Below, one piece after another: positions 59,378 to 64,000 of a stretch of DNA of 64,000 nt (position 1 is the stretch's first letter; each line of letters starts with the position of its first letter). The translations under genes were made by a program, and so were the position numbers. Source of the stretch: Vulcanimicrobiales bacterium (GTDB taxonomy: Bacteria; Vulcanimicrobiota; Vulcanimicrobiia; Vulcanimicrobiales; Vulcanimicrobiaceae); assembly GCA_038215615.1 (NCBI GenBank), contig JBBQQR010000003.1, positions 81,350-145,349 on the forward strand, read 5' to 3'. The notes beneath the pieces are model-generated. The model ran no database searches. It saw nothing but the letters and a program-made list of their open reading frames with translations, and had not been told where the DNA came from.

Positions 59378-59857
59378 TTACGAACCGTGATCGGCTTCGC
59401 CGTGCAGTTGCTTTAGCGCGTGCGGTAGCACCGGCAATAACACGCCGATCGTCTCGGCGACAGCCTTCGGGCTTCCCGGCAAATTAACGATGAGCGTGCG
59501 GTGCCGCACGCCGGCGATCGCGCGGGAGAGCATCGCCGTCGGAACAATGGCAATCGACGCTGCGCGAATCGCATCGGCTATTCCGGGAACTTCATAGTCG
59601 ACGATCGCGGCGGTCGCCTGCGGCGTGCGGTCACGCGGAGAAATACCCGTGCCGCCGCTGGTCAGCACCAGCGAAGCGGCGCCCGAATCGCACAGATCGA
59701 TAAGTTCGGCCTGCAGAGCTCCGGCATCGTCAGGCAGCACGGCTTCTCTGACGATCTCGTACTGCGCTCCGAGCAGCTCGCGCATTGCGGGTATGCACGT
59801 GTCGGCGCGTTCCCCCGACGCCGCGCGGTCGGAAAGCACGATCAGCGCCGTCTTCAT
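59378..59857 (-). CDS. mog: molybdopterin adenylyltransferase (MogA/MoaB)
   Basis: SDR, GGTGISPRD.TP, LSRA, NLPGSP. Confidence 0.9.
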   Translation of the reverse strand: MKTALIVLSDRAASGERADTCIPAMRELLGAQYEIVREAVLPDDAGALQAELIDLCDSGAASLVLTSGGTGISPRDRTPQATAAIVDYEVPGIADAIRAASIAIVPTAMLSRAIAGVRHRTLIVNLPGSPKAVAETIGVLLPVLPHALKQLHGEADHGS

Positions 59858-60288
59858 TTGGTCTTTTCGAGCAGGCGCACCGACTCGATGGTTATACCTT
59901 TCTCGATCCCCTTGGTCATGTCGTAAATGGTGAGCGCCGCAACCGCGGCCGCGACCATCGCCTCCATTTCCACCCCCGTCTGGGACGTCGTGCGCGCGAC
60001 CGCTTCGATGGCGAGCACATTCCCATCCCAAGAAAACTCGACGTTGACCGCGCCCAGTGGAATGGCGTGCGCGAGCGGAATCAGCGCAGGCGTTTGTTTC
60101 GCTGCCAGTATCCCCGCCAGCTGTGCCGCGACGAGCGCATCGCCTTTGGCAAGCGTAGCATCGCGCAGCGCCTTCGCAGCTTCAGCTCCGAGCCGGACGC
60201 GAGCTTGGGCGCGCGCGGTACGCACGGTGCTCTCCTTATGCGAAACGTCGACCATCAGCAAATCGCCGCCCGGCCCGAAGTGACGCAT
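59854..60288 (-). CDS. moaC: cyclic pyranopterin monophosphate synthase
   Basis: MVDVSHK, KGD, AAKQT, LIPLAH, TGVEMEA, YDMTK. Confidence 0.95.
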   Translation of the reverse strand: MRHFGPGGDLLMVDVSHKESTVRTARAQARVRLGAEAAKALRDATLAKGDALVAAQLAGILAAKQTPALIPLAHAIPLGAVNVEFSWDGNVLAIEAVARTTSQTGVEMEAMVAAAVAALTIYDMTKGIEKGITIESVRLLEKTK

Positions 60289-60474
60289 TTACCGCGCGGG
60301 CGCCATCCGCATCCAGAGCAAGCTCAGCACCGCAAGAATCGCGTAGACAATTCCGTGCTTGACGTGATGCTGGCCGTCAAACCCAAGCGCGTGCGAGAAA
60401 TGGGCCATGCCCGTGAACGCCAGTATCGCGGCAAGAAGAAAGACTACAAAGAGAACGAACGCGAGAATTTTCAA
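60289..60474 (-). CDS. small two-TM membrane protein
   Basis: Two hydrophobic segments with a His-rich loop; abuts or overlaps both neighbours. Confidence 0.7.
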   Translation of the reverse strand: MKILAFVLFVVFLLAAILAFTGMAHFSHALGFDGQHHVKHGIVYAILAVLSLLWMRMAPAR

Positions 60475-61328
60475 TGAATCACTCCTAAACGTGCGAGCGA
60501 GAAACAGATTGCGCCGAAGACCAGACAGTACCAGCCGAACGGACGCAGATCGTTGCTGCGAAAATAGCGAACCAAGAACGAGACGGCGGCATACGCGGCA
60601 ATTCCGGCGACGACTCCGCCCAGAACCGCTTGGACGAGGACCACGTGACTTCCCGGTGCGGTCAGTTCCCCGATCTCAAAGAGGCCCGCCGCCAATATCA
60701 CGGGGGTCGCGAGCAAGAATGAATAGTTCGCCGCGTCCTCGTGATTCAGATCGCAGATCAATCCCGCGACCATCGATGCGCCGGAGCGCGAAATGCCCGG
60801 AAAGAGCGCCAGCGCCTGTCCGACGCCGATGCCCGCGCTCTGTCCCCAGGTCAACGCCGGCAGTGGTTTATCGGCCCGGCCGGCACGCGCCTTCTGGCGC
60901 TTTCGCAGCCATTCACCCAGGAACATGACGCCCGCATTCAACATCAGGAATACCGCTGCAATCTCCGCGCTTCCAAAAAGTGCTTGAACCGAATCCTTGA
61001 GCAAAACACCGAGAATACCGACCGGAACGGTGCCGACGACCAGCAGCCAAGCGAGCTTCTCGTCAGGGTCGCTGCCCATCTTTCCGCGCCACACGCTGGC
61101 GACAAAGGCGCGCACGATTCGGACCCACGTCGTACGGTAATACACGACGAGCGCAAGGGCCGTTCCCAAATGCAGCACCGTCACGAATGCCAAGAACGAT
61201 GGATCCGACCGGTTGATCTTCCAATGCAGCAGCGCCGGAATCAAAATCGTTTGGCCCAGGCTGCTGACCGGAAAGAGCTCGGTGACGCCTTGCAGCACCG
61301 CCAGAGCCATCGCTTGCGCGAACGTCAC
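60471..61328 (-). CDS. uppP: undecaprenyl-diphosphate phosphatase
   Basis: QGVTELFPVSS, HLGT, PGISRSG. Confidence 0.93.
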   Translation of the reverse strand: MTFAQAMALAVLQGVTELFPVSSLGQTILIPALLHWKINRSDPSFLAFVTVLHLGTALALVVYYRTTWVRIVRAFVASVWRGKMGSDPDEKLAWLLVVGTVPVGILGVLLKDSVQALFGSAEIAAVFLMLNAGVMFLGEWLRKRQKARAGRADKPLPALTWGQSAGIGVGQALALFPGISRSGASMVAGLICDLNHEDAANYSFLLATPVILAAGLFEIGELTAPGSHVVLVQAVLGGVVAGIAAYAAVSFLVRYFRSNDLRPFGWYCLVFGAICFSLARLGVIH

Positions 61329-61340
61329 GCGCCGAGCTTA

Positions 61341-61958
61341 CTACCAGGCGGCGAACTTCACCTTGAACGTGTACGTGCTCGCGACGCCTTTACACGCCAA
61401 GTATTGCGGCGCGTATGTTGCGCCGCGCGCCATATCAAGCGCGCTTGCGTCCAAGCCGTCGTTACCGGATGAGCGAGCGACTTTTGCATCGGTAACGTTG
61501 CCGGACGGATCGAGTGAAACGTCGATCGCGGCCGTACCGTTCACGCGGCTCGCGCGTGCTTCAGCGGTAATGTTCGCCGGATCCGGCGTCGCGCTCAATC
61601 CGGCCGGCGCGTTGGGATGAGCGCAACCCACGGCGGTACGTTTCGCGGTTGCAAGCGGTTGCGGCGTCGGCGTAACGGCGACGGCAGCGCCGCTCGGAGC
61701 AATCTTTCCGCCCGGAGTGGTGACATGCGGCGGCGCGACCTTGGAATGAGATTTCGAAACGACCGGTGTGGAAGTGTGAACGGGCGCAGGCGTTTGCTGC
61801 GGGGCCGGCGTGCGCCGCGCAATCTGAACGATGCGTACGTTAGCGAGCTGTTCTTCGGTCTGCGTATGCGTGAACGGCCAATACCAATAGACGGCCAGGA
61901 TCAGGTGGAGCAGGAGCGAGATCGCGAGCGCGGCGAGGAGGATGCTGCGGTGTTTGAT
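61341..61958 (-). CDS. second TonB-family energy transducer
   Basis: The frame of the 96-aa ORF extends without stop to ATC at 61958: IKHRSILLAALAISLLLHLILAVYWYWP (SxxxH TM), Pro-rich linker, TonB_C (SSGNDGLD). Confidence 0.8.
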   Translation of the reverse strand: MKHRSILLAALAISLLLHLILAVYWYWPFTHTQTEEQLANVRIVQIARRTPAPQQTPAPVHTSTPVVSKSHSKVAPPHVTTPGGKIAPSGAAVAVTPTPQPLATAKRTAVGCAHPNAPAGLSATPDPANITAEARASRVNGTAAIDVSLDPSGNVTDAKVARSSGNDGLDASALDMARGATYAPQYLACKGVASTYTFKVKFAAW

Positions 61959-62671
61959 TACTGGTTCGGGTCGAAGGTGACCTTAAACAGATAGTCGCCC
62001 GTTACCGGTTCGCAGTTCACGACTTTGGGTGAATATGTCGACTGGCGCGCTGCCGACAACGCTGCATTGTCGAGCGACATGTTGTTGCCGCTCTGGAAAA
62101 TCGATGCGCTGACCAGGCTGCCGCTCGGGCTGACGCTGACCTTCACTTGCACGGTGACTTGACCCAGACCGAGTTCGCGCGCTGTCTCGGGATAATCCGG
62201 CGAGACTTGCTGCACGACGGTGGCGTCTTGATATGGATTGCGGCACGCAGGCTTCGGTGTTCCAACCGGAGCCGGCGGATGCGGCGCAGCCGTTCCCTGG
62301 CCCTGCGGCACGCCGTTCTCGGAGCCGTTCTTAGGTGGAACGTAGCGGTTGCTCGAGCTCGAGTTCGTGTTGTTGCTCGTGGTTTTCGGCACGTTGACTT
62401 TGAGCTGCGGCTGCGGTTTCGCCTGTGGCGGCGCGGTCGCATTGGGCGGGGGAGTGGGAGTAGGCGGCGGCGGCGGCGTGGGCGGCGGCGGCGTCGGCAC
62501 CTTCACAACGATCTTTTTGGTGACCGAAACCTTTTCCACTTCCTGTTGCTGATTGCTGGACTTAAGACGCGGAAAGATCGGCGCCAAAATAAAATGGATA
62601 AGAATCGAAATTACAAACGCCCAAAGCAGGAAGCTTCGTGTGCGCCCGCTGCCGGTGATCATCTCGGGCAC
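61958..62671 (-). CDS. tonB: TonB-family energy transducer
   Basis: SILIH TM, poly-Pro linker, YPE.A...G.V...SG...LD; follows exbBDD. Confidence 0.88.
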   Translation of the reverse strand: MPEMITGSGRTRSFLLWAFVISILIHFILAPIFPRLKSSNQQQEVEKVSVTKKIVVKVPTPPPPTPPPPPTPTPPPNATAPPQAKPQPQLKVNVPKTTSNNTNSSSSNRYVPPKNGSENGVPQGQGTAAPHPPAPVGTPKPACRNPYQDATVVQQVSPDYPETARELGLGQVTVQVKVSVSPSGSLVSASIFQSGNNMSLDNAALSAARQSTYSPKVVNCEPVTGDYLFKVTFDPNQ

Positions 62672-63084
62672 TAGGTCTTGCTTCCCTCGATCTTATTCGC
62701 CAACCCGAATTGCGTGAGATCCTGCGACTTGGCCGCGTCCATGACCTGAAGGATCGTCCCGTAATTCGCTCGGGGATCGGCTTTAATGATCACGGTCTTA
62801 AAGTTGTGGCCCGTATCGTTTTGCAGCGATGCGAACGCGTCTTTGGCTCCTTGAATGGTCACGACGTTCGAACCGATGGTGATGTTGTTCTTCTCGTCGA
62901 CGATCACGAGAATCTGCGAGGGGAGAACTTTTTGGCGGTTCTTTGCCAGAGGTAAGGGCGGCTCTTTGGTGACGGCCGCTAGAATAATGAAGATGATGAG
63001 GAGAACCAACAGCACGTCCGTGAAGGGCGTGATGTTGATTGTCGACATGACTTCTTCGTCGCCTTGACCTGTCGAAACAGCCAC
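62671..63084 (-). CDS. exbD: ExbD/TolR-family protein
   Basis: INITPFTDVLLVLLIIF, KAD...YG. Confidence 0.92.
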   Translation of the reverse strand: MAVSTGQGDEEVMSTINITPFTDVLLVLLIIFIILAAVTKEPPLPLAKNRQKVLPSQILVIVDEKNNITIGSNVVTIQGAKDAFASLQNDTGHNFKTVIIKADPRANYGTILQVMDAAKSQDLTQFGLANKIEGSKT

Positions 63085-63107
63085 GAGTTACTTCACCTCT
63101 CCACTCA

Positions 63108-63518
63108 TCATGACGTCACGAATCCGACATCTTCAAGTCCGGCTGCCCTGGATGCGTCTAGGATCCGGATGATAATGCCATAGGGCGCCTTAGCATCGGC
63201 GGTGATCGAAACGTGCTTGTTGCCCCGTTTCAGGCGATCCACGATCATAACGTTGTAAATGCCGTTCTGATCGGTTTTCACTCCGTCGACGAAGATCACG
63301 CCCTTGTTGTTGACCACCACTTGGATCTCGTTTTTCTTGGGAGGAGTCGGATTGCTGGAGTTGTTCTTGTTGGCCAGGCTCTTCTCGAAACCGGGCGGCA
63401 CCAAGAGCGCTGCCAAGATCATGAAGATGATCAGCAGGACCAACAGCACGTCCGTAAAGGGCGTAATGTTGATCTCCGCCATCACGTCCTCGTCCTGTTT
63501 TGCGGACAGCAGGCTCAT
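63108..63518 (-). CDS. exbD: ExbD/TolR-family protein
   Basis: INITPFTDVLLVLLIIFM, AD...YG. Confidence 0.92.
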   Translation of the reverse strand: MSLLSAKQDEDVMAEINITPFTDVLLVLLIIFMILAALLVPPGFEKSLANKNNSSNPTPPKKNEIQVVVNNKGVIFVDGVKTDQNGIYNVMIVDRLKRGNKHVSITADAKAPYGIIIRILDASRAAGLEDVGFVTS

Positions 63519-63536
63519 CGAGCGTTCCTACGCCGT

Positions 63537-64000
63537 TTACTTAGTAGTGGCGCCGGCCGGCTGATAAAGGTCCGTCGGGATAGGCGCGCCGGTGTTGTGG
63601 AAGTGCAGCATCTCCGCCATTTGATTGGCGGCCACAATCATTTCTTGATTGTACGTCTTGATGCGGCTCTTGAAGTAGTTGAAGAAGACGACCGCGATGA
63701 CCGCAATGATCAAACCGCTGGCGGTGGTGATCAGTGCTTCCGAGACGCCGGCCGCAACGACCGACGGCGTCGAGTTGCCCTTGAGCGCGATGTCGTCGAA
63801 GGCCCGGATGATTCCCAGAACCGTACCGAACAGACCGACGAAGGGTGAAATGACGGCAATCGTACCGATGATGGCCAGATTGCGCTCGAGCGAATTCAGA
63901 TGCTCCATAAGCGCGATCGAGAGCGCGTCCGTGATATCCGCGCGGTTCTTCTCGCCGCGCAGGAGACCGAATTCCAAGATCTTGGGAAGCATGCCGCGCT
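63537..64000 (-). CDS. exbB: MotA/TolQ/ExbB proton channel (5' end outside the window)
   Basis: PFVGLFGTVLGII.AF, GVSEALITTASGL. Confidence 0.92.
   Translation of the reverse strand, partial: RGMLPKILEFGLLRGEKNRADITDALSIALMEHLNSLERNLAIIGTIAVISPFVGLFGTVLGIIRAFDDIALKGNSTPSVVAAGVSEALITTASGLIIAVIAVVFFNYFKSRIKTYNQEMIVAANQMAEMLHFHNTGAPIPTDLYQPAGATTK

Noticed and set aside
62455..62500. GGC-rich simple repeat as a phase-variable tract
   Set aside because: It encodes the ordinary poly-Pro/Thr linker of TonB.

Overview
GC-rich, mostly core-genome bacterial window, with most genes on the minus strand. The organism is diderm (porin, TonB/ExbBD) but has Terrabacteria-type gene orders; by inference it is Eremiobacterota/Vulcanimicrobiota-like. 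Housekeeping blocks: DtxR-family repressor, add, initiator tRNA-Met, kbl-tdh, phoB-phoR-pstCAB-porin-pstS, class I aldolase, gdh, the rimP-nusA-ylxR-infB-rbfA-nrnA-truB-ribF operon, pyk, and one long run exbB-exbD-exbD-tonB-tonB-uppP-moaC-mog-folC/P/B/K-accB-like-accC-nusB-PBP1A-xseAB-tlyA-nadK-recN. Accessory content: a poly-HAMP hybrid kinase with a degenerate CheR and partner-switching proteins, a KAS-II/cyclase/flavoprotein/methyltransferase mini-cluster, a low-GC HNH plus DUF4258/DUF2283 islet, an atypical Clp ATPase and one pseudogene. The strongest leads are: (1) an apparently stand-alone structured ~215-nt RNA upstream of rimP with its own promoter, operator-like palindrome and terminator; (2) three conserved genes whose N-termini appear to need non-canonical (ATC/CTG/ATA) start codons; (3) an SD-ATG-AGG-TGA minigene in a structured infB leader; (4) a BCCP homologue lacking the biotin-accepting lysine; (5) the polyketide-like cassette with no ACP or CLF; (6) the Zn-finger plus hydrophobic-helix Clp lacking both the M-domain and the ClpP-docking loop. 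No CRISPR array, rRNA, integrase or transposase was seen. All calls come from reading motifs by eye; no searches were run.
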